Below are positions 1 to 8,222 of a stretch of 64,000 nt of DNA, piece after piece; position 1 is the first letter of the stretch, and each line of letters begins with the position of its first letter. Under the pieces are notes generated by a model. That model did not search any database and was not told the DNA's origin. It worked only from the letters and a program-made list of their open reading frames with translations. The DNA comes from an uncultured virus (IMG/VR IMGVR_UViG_3300024270_000031). Taxonomy: Duplodnaviria; Heunggongvirae; Uroviricota; Caudoviricetes. The translations under genes and the position numbers were made by a program. The stretch lies in the IMG/VR virus record IMGVR_UViG_3300024270_000031, positions 62,001-126,000 of that record; one strand, 5' to 3'.

Positions 1-687
1 TGTGATGAAAATAAGGTTAAAAATTGGTTTATTGAAAAAGAACGATATTATATTAATAAGCTTAAAACTTATCTGCAAGTTGAACACTATAATTTAACGC
101 CAGGTGGGGAGAATCCTCCAGTATATTTTAAATACCAAAATAACTTAATTAAGCAAGTCCAGCAATATATTGACGAGCACCCATTTGAGTCATGTTCTAC
201 CGTAGCTAAGCAGTTTCCTGATCTTAGTGGTTCAAAAGTAGTAGCTGATATAAATAATGGACTTGGACGATTTGGCAGAGTTAAGTACCGTCCAGATTTA
301 ACTTTCCCAATTAGGGATATGGGAAGCACTGCTGCAATGCGTGGACCAAAAGTAGTTGGTGCAAAATTAAATACTACTAAAACCGCTTTTTCACAAAAGT
401 TATCTAGATATCCATGGTATTTTATTAAGACAACTAAAACAGAATCAGGTAAGTATGCGTTTGAAAGACTTGATAAATCACCAGATAAAAATTTTGTGCA
501 AAGTCTTGCTAGCTTAGAGCTTGACTTTACAAACAATAATGATTTAAGTAAAGTTGTCCCGTATTTAACAGATAATAGATATTCGCACTATTATCCAAAA
601 CAAGGTTTTTATTTAACTAAGATTAAGCTAACCGATAAAGACTTTGACTGGTGGGCCGATCAATATTCTGCCAGAAATAATAAATAA
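1..687 (+). CDS. GIY-YIG-family (homing) endonuclease-like protein, 5'-truncated by the window edge
   Basis: Frame 1 is open from base 1 to the TAA at 685-687, extending the 319..687 ORF. It reads ...IEKERYYINKLKT...HYNLTPGGE, matching the E..YI....T...YN.T.GG C-terminal motif of GIY-YIG domains. Confidence 0.6.
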   Translation, partial: CDENKVKNWFIEKERYYINKLKTYLQVEHYNLTPGGENPPVYFKYQNNLIKQVQQYIDEHPFESCSTVAKQFPDLSGSKVVADINNGLGRFGRVKYRPDLTFPIRDMGSTAAMRGPKVVGAKLNTTKTAFSQKLSRYPWYFIKTTKTESGKYAFERLDKSPDKNFVQSLASLELDFTNNNDLSKVVPYLTDNRYSHYYPKQGFYLTKIKLTDKDFDWWADQYSARNNK

Positions 688-719
688 AATTTTTTAATTT
701 AGAAAAGGAATACATTATT

Positions 720-1481
720 ATGAAATTACATGAAGAATTTAAACTTTATGAAACTATGTGGGATGAAGTTCCGTCTAATTCGTCAACTGAAAATCGTTAT
801 ATCATACTTACAGGCGACTTCCCAAATAAATATTACGTGCATGGCTTGACCTCGGACGGTGAGAAAGAAGCAGTAGACATTTATAATAAAGCTATGTCAC
901 AATTGCCTAACTTTGATTGTGATATAGAGGTGGCGGAGCTCTTTGATCTTACAGGTGATGAAATAAGTCGTTTAGAGTCTATGGTAGGAAAAGAAGTAAC
1001 TGGAGCAGATGCTGATTTTATCGCAGATTTCTTTGTAGACGGTAGTCGTGTAGATTCTCTACAAAATAATTTTAACGAAGTAGATACCTTACATGAATTT
1101 GTTTACGTTAATGGAAATAAAACAACTACTACTGTAAATTCTACTAGTTCTAATAAACCTAGTGTAGATTCATTAGGCCGGTTTGACCACACGCCTCGAT
1201 TTAAAAGCTTACTTGCTCAAATAGACGCCGATAAACTCGCTACATACGAAGTAAGAAATTTAGGAACAAGGCTTCTTTATATAATTATAACGTCTGTAGA
1301 TTTTGGCTACCGCACAAGTGTACGTATAATAGGACCATTTCGCCAAGATGGTAAAGAGTATACTTTACAATTAGGCTTGAACTCTGCTAACCATGGCGAT
1401 CATCACAATTTAAGCTGGAAAGAATTGCTAGATTATCTTATAGATGAGTCAATCATAGAAAACACTAATCTGTGCAACTAA
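720..1481 (+). CDS. Modular hypothetical protein, paralog of the 55017..56171 repeat protein; candidate internal head protein
   Basis: N-terminus MKLHEEFKLYETMWDE. C-terminal module LHE-FVYVNGNK...RFKSLLAQIDAD...IIENTNLCN matches the repeats of 55017..56171. Confidence 0.7.
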   Translation: MKLHEEFKLYETMWDEVPSNSSTENRYIILTGDFPNKYYVHGLTSDGEKEAVDIYNKAMSQLPNFDCDIEVAELFDLTGDEISRLESMVGKEVTGADADFIADFFVDGSRVDSLQNNFNEVDTLHEFVYVNGNKTTTTVNSTSSNKPSVDSLGRFDHTPRFKSLLAQIDADKLATYEVRNLGTRLLYIIITSVDFGYRTSVRIIGPFRQDGKEYTLQLGLNSANHGDHHNLSWKELLDYLIDESIIENTNLCN

Positions 1482-1495
1482 TGTATAATATGTTT

Positions 1496-1524
1496 AGGTG
1501 ACCTATTAAAATAGGTCACCTTTT
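1496..1524 (+). terminator. Intrinsic terminator
   Basis: Hairpin AGGTGACCTATT-AA-AATAGGTCACCT followed by a T run. Confidence 0.75.
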
Positions 1525-1526
1525 AT

Positions 1527-1537
1527 TGTATAATATA
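1527..1537 (+). promoter_or_regulatory. Early/middle promoter motif YGTATWATAWA (representative copy)
   Basis: Intergenic copies at 1527, 6765, 7869, 13529, 25648, 50796, 51299, 52657, 54485 and 63319; variants YGTATATTAT at 5294, 58529 and 62697. Each contains a TATAAT/TATTAT -10-like box upstream of a gene start. Confidence 0.7.
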
Positions 1538-1571
1538 GTATATAAAAATATCTAAAAGAGGAAATGATACA

Positions 1572-2606
1572 ATGAAAAGTTTAGCTGTAAAATATCGTCC
1601 TACTACTTTTGAAACTGTTGCTGGACAAAATGTAACTACAAGAATTCTTAATAAAGTACTTGAAAAACAGGCTTTTAAAAATGCTTATCTTTTTGCAGGC
1701 CCTTCCGGCTGCGGTAAGACCACTTGTGCTCGTATCTTTGCAAATGCTATTAATGGTGGCATTGGTGAGCCTGTAGAAATTGACGGCGCATCTAACAACG
1801 GAGTTGACCAGGTTAGGGCTATCGTTGAGTCGGCTAATCAGAGAAGCCTTGTAGGTAATTATAAGATTTATATTATTGACGAGTGTCATATGATTACTTC
1901 CGCTGGTTGGAATGCTTTCTTGAAGGGACTTGAAGATTGCCCTGAATATACTATCTTTATTTTCTGCACTACGGAGCCTAATAAGATTCCTGTGACTATT
2001 CAGAACAGAATGCAGCGTTTTAATATTGCTAAGATTGGCGCCCAGGAAATTAAAAATAGACTCTTTTATGTTTGCCAGCAGGAAGGCTTCATTAACTATG
2101 AAGATACCTGTGAACTTATCAGTAAACTTTGTGATGGCTGCATGAGAGAAGCACTTACAATGCTTGACCAGTGTGCTGACCTGTCTAATGATCTCAGTCT
2201 TGAAAATACTAAGGCTGTTCTCGGTGAGGCACCTTTTGAAAGAATGCTTAAGTTGACTAATTGTTTGATTGGTCATAATGAGCAGTTTACTCTTGTAGCT
2301 ATTGAAACGCTCGCCCAAGAAGGTAAGGACCTTAAGCAGTTTGTAAATGAGTATCTTAGCTTTACTCTTGAGCTTACTAAATATATCTTGTTCCAAAATA
2401 TCGGCGCAACAAATATTCCTGCGTATCTTGAGAATTCTGCTGATCTTATGATTAGCGTAAAAGCTACTACTAGTTTTGAAAATTCACTTGGTTGGTTTAA
2501 TAATCTTGCTAATAAGCTTCTTGAAGTTAAGAATGCTATTAAGTATGATACTTCGGTAAAGGCGGTTGTAGAAGCATATTTCTTGCAGATTTGCAGATCA
2601 GTTTAA
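1572..2606 (+). CDS. dnaX: DNA polymerase III clamp-loader gamma/tau-like ATPase
   Basis: LAVKYRP, Walker A GPSGCGKTT, EIDGASNNGVD, Walker B IIDECH, NAFLKGLE, FCTTE and GCMREAL motifs. Confidence 0.9.
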   Translation: MKSLAVKYRPTTFETVAGQNVTTRILNKVLEKQAFKNAYLFAGPSGCGKTTCARIFANAINGGIGEPVEIDGASNNGVDQVRAIVESANQRSLVGNYKIYIIDECHMITSAGWNAFLKGLEDCPEYTIFIFCTTEPNKIPVTIQNRMQRFNIAKIGAQEIKNRLFYVCQQEGFINYEDTCELISKLCDGCMREALTMLDQCADLSNDLSLENTKAVLGEAPFERMLKLTNCLIGHNEQFTLVAIETLAQEGKDLKQFVNEYLSFTLELTKYILFQNIGATNIPAYLENSADLMISVKATTSFENSLGWFNNLANKLLEVKNAIKYDTSVKAVVEAYFLQICRSV

Positions 2607-2621
2607 GCTTGGAGGGCCATT

Positions 2622-3407
2622 ATGAATATTATTGGACAAACTAAACTACTCTCTAAAATAAATGCAATGGAGTACCTGCCTAAAACTTTAATGTTTCTCG
2701 GGCCTGCAGGATGCGGCAAGCATACAATCGCTAAGTACGTAGCAGAAGAGTTTAACCTAGACTTTGTAGAAATCGAAGAGTCTGTATCTGCTCAGGACCT
2801 TGAAGATTATATACATAAAACTATTGATACTCTTTATCTTATTAACTTAAATAAGTTTACTGAAAAGCAGCAGAATCAGTTTTTGAAGTTTATTGAAGAG
2901 CCTTCGAAGTCTGTTTATATTATTTTGATTGCGAACTCTGAGGCAGGCATTCTTAATACAATTCTCAACAGAAGTATCAAATATCATCTTGAGCCTTATA
3001 CAAAAGAGCAGATTGAGCAGATTACCAATACTTCTGTTAATGACCTTGCTTTTAAGATTTTTCAGACGCCTGGCAAACTTCTTAATTTAACAGAGCAGAG
3101 CTTTAACGATGTTATGGGCTTAGCAAATACGGTAGTGCACAGCATTAATAGAGCAACATATCCAAATGCTCTTGTAGTTTCTACAAAAATCAATTACAAA
3201 GATCTGTATAATAAAATAGACTTTGACCTGTTTTTTGACGCAGTTGAGTATCTTGCCTTAGAGGACTATATAAGTAATAAAACTGAGCAGAGCTTAACAG
3301 TATTTAAAACAACAAATCAGTTTAAGCAGTATGCCACACAGCAAAATCTTATTAAAGAAATTTTGATGATAAATTATCTTACTACACTTTGGGAGGCCGT
3401 ACAATGA
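2622..3407 (+). CDS. holB: Clamp-loader delta-prime-like subunit
   Basis: IIGQ, GPAGCGK, QQNQFLKFIEEP and ILNTILNR motifs; follows dnaX. Confidence 0.75.
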   Translation: MNIIGQTKLLSKINAMEYLPKTLMFLGPAGCGKHTIAKYVAEEFNLDFVEIEESVSAQDLEDYIHKTIDTLYLINLNKFTEKQQNQFLKFIEEPSKSVYIILIANSEAGILNTILNRSIKYHLEPYTKEQIEQITNTSVNDLAFKIFQTPGKLLNLTEQSFNDVMGLANTVVHSINRATYPNALVVSTKINYKDLYNKIDFDLFFDAVEYLALEDYISNKTEQSLTVFKTTNQFKQYATQQNLIKEILMINYLTTLWEAVQ

Positions 3408-4321
3408 CTTTAATTGATCTTAAAAAATTTATTACTGACAAAATTGTACCGTCAGACTTTATGATTTTTGTTAGTAAGGATTGCCCGTTCCTGGCTTCTC
3501 AATATGTAAAAGCTCTCGGAGATTTGTCTATAAGCGGCATTAATAAAATAAACAGTATCTATGAGCCCCAGCAGTCATCTATCATGCTTCTTACTAATAC
3601 TGAAGGTGCTCTTAACGTTTTATATACTGATACTTTTGACGAGCGCTCGGAAGATTACAGTCAGTTTGAAAATACTATCGTAGTATGTGAGCAAGTATCA
3701 AAAGATATTGCTAAAAACGTAGAAAATTATGTTATTAAGTTTCCTAAGCTTACTGACTGGCAGATTTGCGATTATGCTAAAACTCTTTGTCCTCATGTGG
3801 AAGAAAGTGAGCTTATGTGGCTTGTTCAGGCGTCTGATAACAGTATTGAGAGAGTTTTAAATGAGCTTGATAAAGTAGCTTTGTTTGGTAAAAACGAGCA
3901 AAAAGAGGTACTTGCTGCTATCAGATTTGACCCGCAGACAGACTTGTATAAAGTTGACTTATTTGATATTGTCAATGCTTTAGTTGAAGGCGATATGCTG
4001 ACTCTTAACGATTTTATGAAGCATAACGGCTGTGACCTTCACGAGCCAGTTGTTTTAGTAAATAGAGCCTTTAACAGCTTGAAAAATATCGTTTTGATTT
4101 CTCAAAATGCAAACTTGACAGCTGAGGAGTGCGGAGTATCTGCTGGGCAGTTTAAGTTTATCAAATATAAGTATAAGAGCCTTAACGTAGCAGCAGCAAA
4201 GCAGAAGCTTAAGTTTCTTACTAACTTTGATTTGATGCTCAAAACGTCACAACTTGAGCTTAATAAACGTGACATGATGACATATATCATCAATAATATG
4301 TATTATAAAATAACTAACTAA
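3404..4321 (+). CDS. holA: Clamp-loader delta-like subunit
   Basis: IERVLNELDKVALF and LFDIVNAL resemble HolA motifs; ATGA overlap with holB; operon context. Confidence 0.6.
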   Translation: MTLIDLKKFITDKIVPSDFMIFVSKDCPFLASQYVKALGDLSISGINKINSIYEPQQSSIMLLTNTEGALNVLYTDTFDERSEDYSQFENTIVVCEQVSKDIAKNVENYVIKFPKLTDWQICDYAKTLCPHVEESELMWLVQASDNSIERVLNELDKVALFGKNEQKEVLAAIRFDPQTDLYKVDLFDIVNALVEGDMLTLNDFMKHNGCDLHEPVVLVNRAFNSLKNIVLISQNANLTAEECGVSAGQFKFIKYKYKSLNVAAAKQKLKFLTNFDLMLKTSQLELNKRDMMTYIINNMYYKITN

Positions 4322-4330
4322 GGAGGACCT

Positions 4331-5290
4331 ATGGAAGAAACAGAACAGAAAGCTTTAGATAGGTTTTCCTATTCAAAAATAAGTACTTATAAACAGTGTG
4401 CTTTTAAGTACTTAGTAAAATATAAAGAGAAGAACTTTATTGATAGTTCGTCGATCGCTACGGAGTTTGGTACACTTGTTCATGAAACAGAAGAGCAAAT
4501 AGCACTCGCGCTTCAAAATGAACTGCCAATAAATTATATTGCGCTTAAAAATAATTTTATTATTGAGAGTAGAAAACTGGCTTTAAAATATCCAAATGAT
4601 TTTGGCAAGCCAGACAAATCTGGAAGAACCTACAGAGAAAAGGTATATCTTTATTTAGACTCAGCAATTTATCGACTTGAAAAATTCATGAAGGCTAATC
4701 AGAACTTAGTAATTATCGGTATTGAGCAAAAGTTTGAATACGACTATGATGGTGTGCACTCTTTTAATGGTTCAATTGACCGAGCGTTTTTAAATACTGC
4801 GACAGGTGAAATTTTAATTCAAGATATTAAAACTTGGAGTGTACCTGCACAAAACAGTGAACTTAAAGCGCCTTTGCAGTTTGCTGTTTATATGATGGCC
4901 GCACAGCAGCTTTGGGACACACCTTTTGATAAAATTAAGTGTGAATATGACCTTCCTTTATGTAATATCGTTCAGCCTGCACTTTCTGATAATATTGTAG
5001 AAGAAGGTAAAGAAGTTTTAGATAAGCTCTTTAACGGCATCCAGAAAGAAAACTTTAGACCAACTGTGTCAGCCCTTTGTCATTGGTGCGAGTATAATCC
5101 TCTAACTAATCCAAGTATTCTAGACACCAAGCCAGAGGCAGTTTGTCCTTATTTTAGTACTTGGCAAAAATCTGGCGATAATGTACGAGATACACTAATG
5201 ACGTGGCAAGGGCTTGAGTCTGTTGCAATAGATAGACAATTTTGTATTAGCCAATTAAAACAGCAGGGTTTACAAAATTCTGCCAGTTAA
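4331..5290 (+). CDS. PD-(D/E)XK exonuclease (RecB/AddB/Cas4-like, probable Fe-S)
   Basis: FSYSKISTYKQC, GTLVHE, IEQKF, GSIDR, QDIKT, LQFAVY and C-terminal CHWC...C. Confidence 0.85.
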   Translation: MEETEQKALDRFSYSKISTYKQCAFKYLVKYKEKNFIDSSSIATEFGTLVHETEEQIALALQNELPINYIALKNNFIIESRKLALKYPNDFGKPDKSGRTYREKVYLYLDSAIYRLEKFMKANQNLVIIGIEQKFEYDYDGVHSFNGSIDRAFLNTATGEILIQDIKTWSVPAQNSELKAPLQFAVYMMAAQQLWDTPFDKIKCEYDLPLCNIVQPALSDNIVEEGKEVLDKLFNGIQKENFRPTVSALCHWCEYNPLTNPSILDTKPEAVCPYFSTWQKSGDNVRDTLMTWQGLESVAIDRQFCISQLKQQGLQNSAS

Positions 5291-5330
5291 TACTGTATAT
5301 TATTATATATAGAAAAGTAAGGAGAATCTA

Positions 5331-6137
5331 ATGAACTGTCAAGTTGATGTTATTATTATTGGTGATAGTAAAGTAGGCCATGAAATTTTAGATAAAGTTG
5401 CTTCAAGCAAGCCAACTATCAAAATTATATTTGTTAGTGATATTTTTAAAAGCTATACTACCCATGACTATATTAACGTTGAGTATATAAAAGGTAAAGT
5501 AGTATTTACTGACTACAAAAATAGATTATTCGGAGTTTATCTGAAAGATGGGTCAAGACTTTACAGCACTCATTTGGTTATAGCTTCCGGTGTTGCTTAT
5601 GCGCCATTTACTGTAGGTACTAGGGTTATTCCACAAGTATTTAATAATGTTGATGATATTCCGAAGGTCTCAAAAAATCAGCCTGCTGTAGTAATCTGTA
5701 ATCAAAATTCTGAAGTTAAGTTTGCTATTGACGTAGCCAAAAAGTATAAGCAGGTGTATCTATGTACGAAAGATATTACTATCAATAATATTACAGAGGC
5801 AAATCTTAAAAAACTTGCAGGCACAGAAAATCTTGTGGTACTGCCAAACACTTCAGTTATAAAGGTAATAATTAAAGAAAATATGCTACAAAAAGTAGAG
5901 TTAGATAATTATTCTACATTAAACTGCTCTGCAATCTTTGTAAAAACAGCAGCTACACCTGATGTCGATTTTATTACTGAAAAACTAATAAAACGTGATG
6001 AGTTTGGCTATCTCATCACTTCTCATGCGGCTGAGTCCACTCTCGTGCCAAAATGTTTTGCTGTAGGAAACTGTGCTCAAAAGTGCACTAAAACCATGAT
6101 GCAGGAACTCGTAGAAACTATTTTAAAAGATTTTTAA
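5331..6137 (+). CDS. Degenerate thioredoxin-reductase-like (FAD/NAD oxidoreductase fold) protein
   Basis: DVIIIG, LVIASG, DEFGYLIT and VPKCFAVGNC follow the TrxB layout, but the GxGxxG motifs and redox CxxC are absent. Confidence 0.6.
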   Translation: MNCQVDVIIIGDSKVGHEILDKVASSKPTIKIIFVSDIFKSYTTHDYINVEYIKGKVVFTDYKNRLFGVYLKDGSRLYSTHLVIASGVAYAPFTVGTRVIPQVFNNVDDIPKVSKNQPAVVICNQNSEVKFAIDVAKKYKQVYLCTKDITINNITEANLKKLAGTENLVVLPNTSVIKVIIKENMLQKVELDNYSTLNCSAIFVKTAATPDVDFITEKLIKRDEFGYLITSHAAESTLVPKCFAVGNCAQKCTKTMMQELVETILKDF

Positions 6138-6149
6138 ACGGAGGATTTT

Positions 6150-6722
6150 ATGCTTACACTTGAACAAAAGAATAATAATGAAATTAAATTTATGGAGTTG
6201 CTCTCTAAGCTTAATATCGATTTAACGGAAATCACAAAACTGCTCGATCAGATCGATTACTTTAATAAGCCTGCAACTACCCAGTATATTGGTGCTTATC
6301 CAGGCGGGCTCTGTGAGTACGCTTTACGATTTGCTAATGAGCTTGGCCTACTGTGTAATGCATATTTTCCAGGTAGATATTCAGCGGAAGATATTATCAA
6401 GGTAGCCTTATTCAAGGATATTTATAAAGCAACTATGTATGAGGCTTATATGAAAAACGTTAAGGATGACACTACAGGTCAGTGGGCTACAGTACCGGCT
6501 TACAAGACTAAAGAAGACTTCAACCGCCCAGTTTATGGAGACCTTGGCTTCAGCTCATATATGCAAATTAAGGACCTTGTGCCTCTTACTACTGAGCAGG
6601 TCGAAGCTATCGTATACTCACGTATTTCTGATTTTGCGCCCGATATCCACGCGGTGTTTAGAAATTATCCGTTAGTAACTCTTACTAGAATGGCTGAAAT
6701 GGCAGCTTTGTATATTAATTAA
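6150..6722 (+). CDS. Degenerate HD-domain protein (YhaM/Cbf1-like)
   Basis: PATTQYIGAYPGGLCEY and ALFKDIYK correspond to PA...HH...GGL.EH and ALLHDIGK with the His residues substituted. Confidence 0.6.
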   Translation: MLTLEQKNNNEIKFMELLSKLNIDLTEITKLLDQIDYFNKPATTQYIGAYPGGLCEYALRFANELGLLCNAYFPGRYSAEDIIKVALFKDIYKATMYEAYMKNVKDDTTGQWATVPAYKTKEDFNRPVYGDLGFSSYMQIKDLVPLTTEQVEAIVYSRISDFAPDIHAVFRNYPLVTLTRMAEMAALYIN

Positions 6723-6726
6723 AAAT

Positions 6727-6751
6727 AAGCGGCTTTAAACGGCCGCTTTTT
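6727..6751 (+). terminator. Intrinsic terminator
   Basis: AAGCGGC...GCCGCTT stem followed by a T tract. Confidence 0.7.
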
Positions 6752-6811
6752 CTATATATTTTATTGTATAATATAAAGTATAGTAAAAAAGTTTGTAAAG
6801 GAAATTGTGGA

Positions 6812-7840
6812 ATGAAAATTTTACTTTTTACTGACTTGCACATGTGCCCGAGAGCAAGTATCATAAATAAATGGGGCACGAAATACCCAAGTAGACTTGA
6901 AAACTGTATTGAGTCTGTGAACTGGCTTGAAAGAAAGGCGGAAGAGCTCGGCTGTGATTATATTATTAGCCTTGGAGACTTCTTTGATAAGCCTGATTTA
7001 ACGAGTGAGACTATTACTGCTTGTCAGGATATTCAGTGGTCTTGGCTACAGCATTATCATCTTGTTGGTAACCATGATGCATCTAATAGCAGTTTAACTT
7101 TTAACTCAGCAAATTGTCTAAGCAATGATAATCATAGAGTAATTACTGAGCCTCTGATGTTGCAGGCAGGAGACTGTGATCTATGCTTTCTACCATATGT
7201 AACTGAGTGCGATAGAAAGCCTTTGAATGAGTATTTCACAGAGCACACTTTTAATCCGCATCGAATTATTTTTTCTCATAATGACATCAGTGGTATTCAG
7301 CTTGGTCCTGTTGTTTCTAAAACTGGCTTTAGTATTGAGGAAATTGAGGCAAATTGCGATCTTTTCTTAAATGGTCATTTACACAACGGACAAGCGTTAT
7401 CACCGAAAGTTATTAACTTAGGTAATCTAACTGGTAAAGATTTTGGTGAAGATGCTATGAAGTATAGACACAATATTGCCATTCTTGACACAGAAACTTT
7501 GCAACTGGAGTACATAGAAAATCCTTATGCCTATAATTTTTATAAGATACAAATTGACTGTGAAAGCGATATTTTGTGTCTAGATGGTTTAAAAAATAAC
7601 TCTGTTGTATCTATTAAGTGTGAGCAGGCGCTTGTTGAACAGACTAAGAATAAAATTAGTACGCTCAATAATATTACTGAGTCTAGAATAATCTTAACTA
7701 AACGTCAAGTAGCTAGTGAATCAGAAGTAACTGAGCTTGACCTTACTGTAGATCACCTCGCCAGATTTATTGAGTGTTGCAAAGCAACTATTGAGAATTC
7801 TACTTTGTTAGACGAAGAACTCGGTGAAATTTGCAAGTAA
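6812..7840 (+). CDS. sbcD: SbcD/Mre11/gp47-like metallophosphoesterase nuclease
   Basis: FTDLH, LGDFFD, VGNHD, FSH and GHLH motifs; next to SbcC; ATG at 6812 after AAGGA. Confidence 0.88.
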   Translation: MKILLFTDLHMCPRASIINKWGTKYPSRLENCIESVNWLERKAEELGCDYIISLGDFFDKPDLTSETITACQDIQWSWLQHYHLVGNHDASNSSLTFNSANCLSNDNHRVITEPLMLQAGDCDLCFLPYVTECDRKPLNEYFTEHTFNPHRIIFSHNDISGIQLGPVVSKTGFSIEEIEANCDLFLNGHLHNGQALSPKVINLGNLTGKDFGEDAMKYRHNIAILDTETLQLEYIENPYAYNFYKIQIDCESDILCLDGLKNNSVVSIKCEQALVEQTKNKISTLNNITESRIILTKRQVASESEVTELDLTVDHLARFIECCKATIENSTLLDEELGEICK

Positions 7841-7901
7841 ATACAAAGTCAGTATTTATTTAAAATATCGTATAATATATTAAGGAGTTACTTAGACTAA
7901 C

Positions 7902-8222
7902 ATGAAAAATAGGCAATTAAATAACCTAAACAAAGCTTATAATAAAAGATTTAATAACTTAAAGAAGCTTTTGATTAAGGTGCCGCAGGCTAGCATTATT
8001 TTGTTTGTGGAACATTTAAAGTATATAAGAGATATTTGTATTATTTCTAACTTAAATATTTCAGAAAACGCTTCATTAGCTGCTCTTATGGTTGCTATTG
8101 ATGAATTTGAGGCGTATCAGGTTTGTGAAGATAACAAACTGAAAGAATTTCATTGGAAAAACTTCTGCGAGTTTTTAAAACTAAACATGGAGGAATGGCT
8201 AGTATTAAATGATCCAATTTAA
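7902..8222 (+). CDS. Hypothetical protein
   Basis: ORF with AAGGAG RBS and its own promoter motif at 7869; overlaps the sbcC start. Confidence 0.6.
   Translation: MKNRQLNNLNKAYNKRFNNLKKLLIKVPQASIILFVEHLKYIRDICIISNLNISENASLAALMVAIDEFEAYQVCEDNKLKEFHWKNFCEFLKLNMEEWLVLNDPI

Noticed and set aside
4331..5290. Cas4-like nuclease suggesting a CRISPR system
   Set aside because: No repeat-spacer array or other cas genes seen; the context is replication and recombination.
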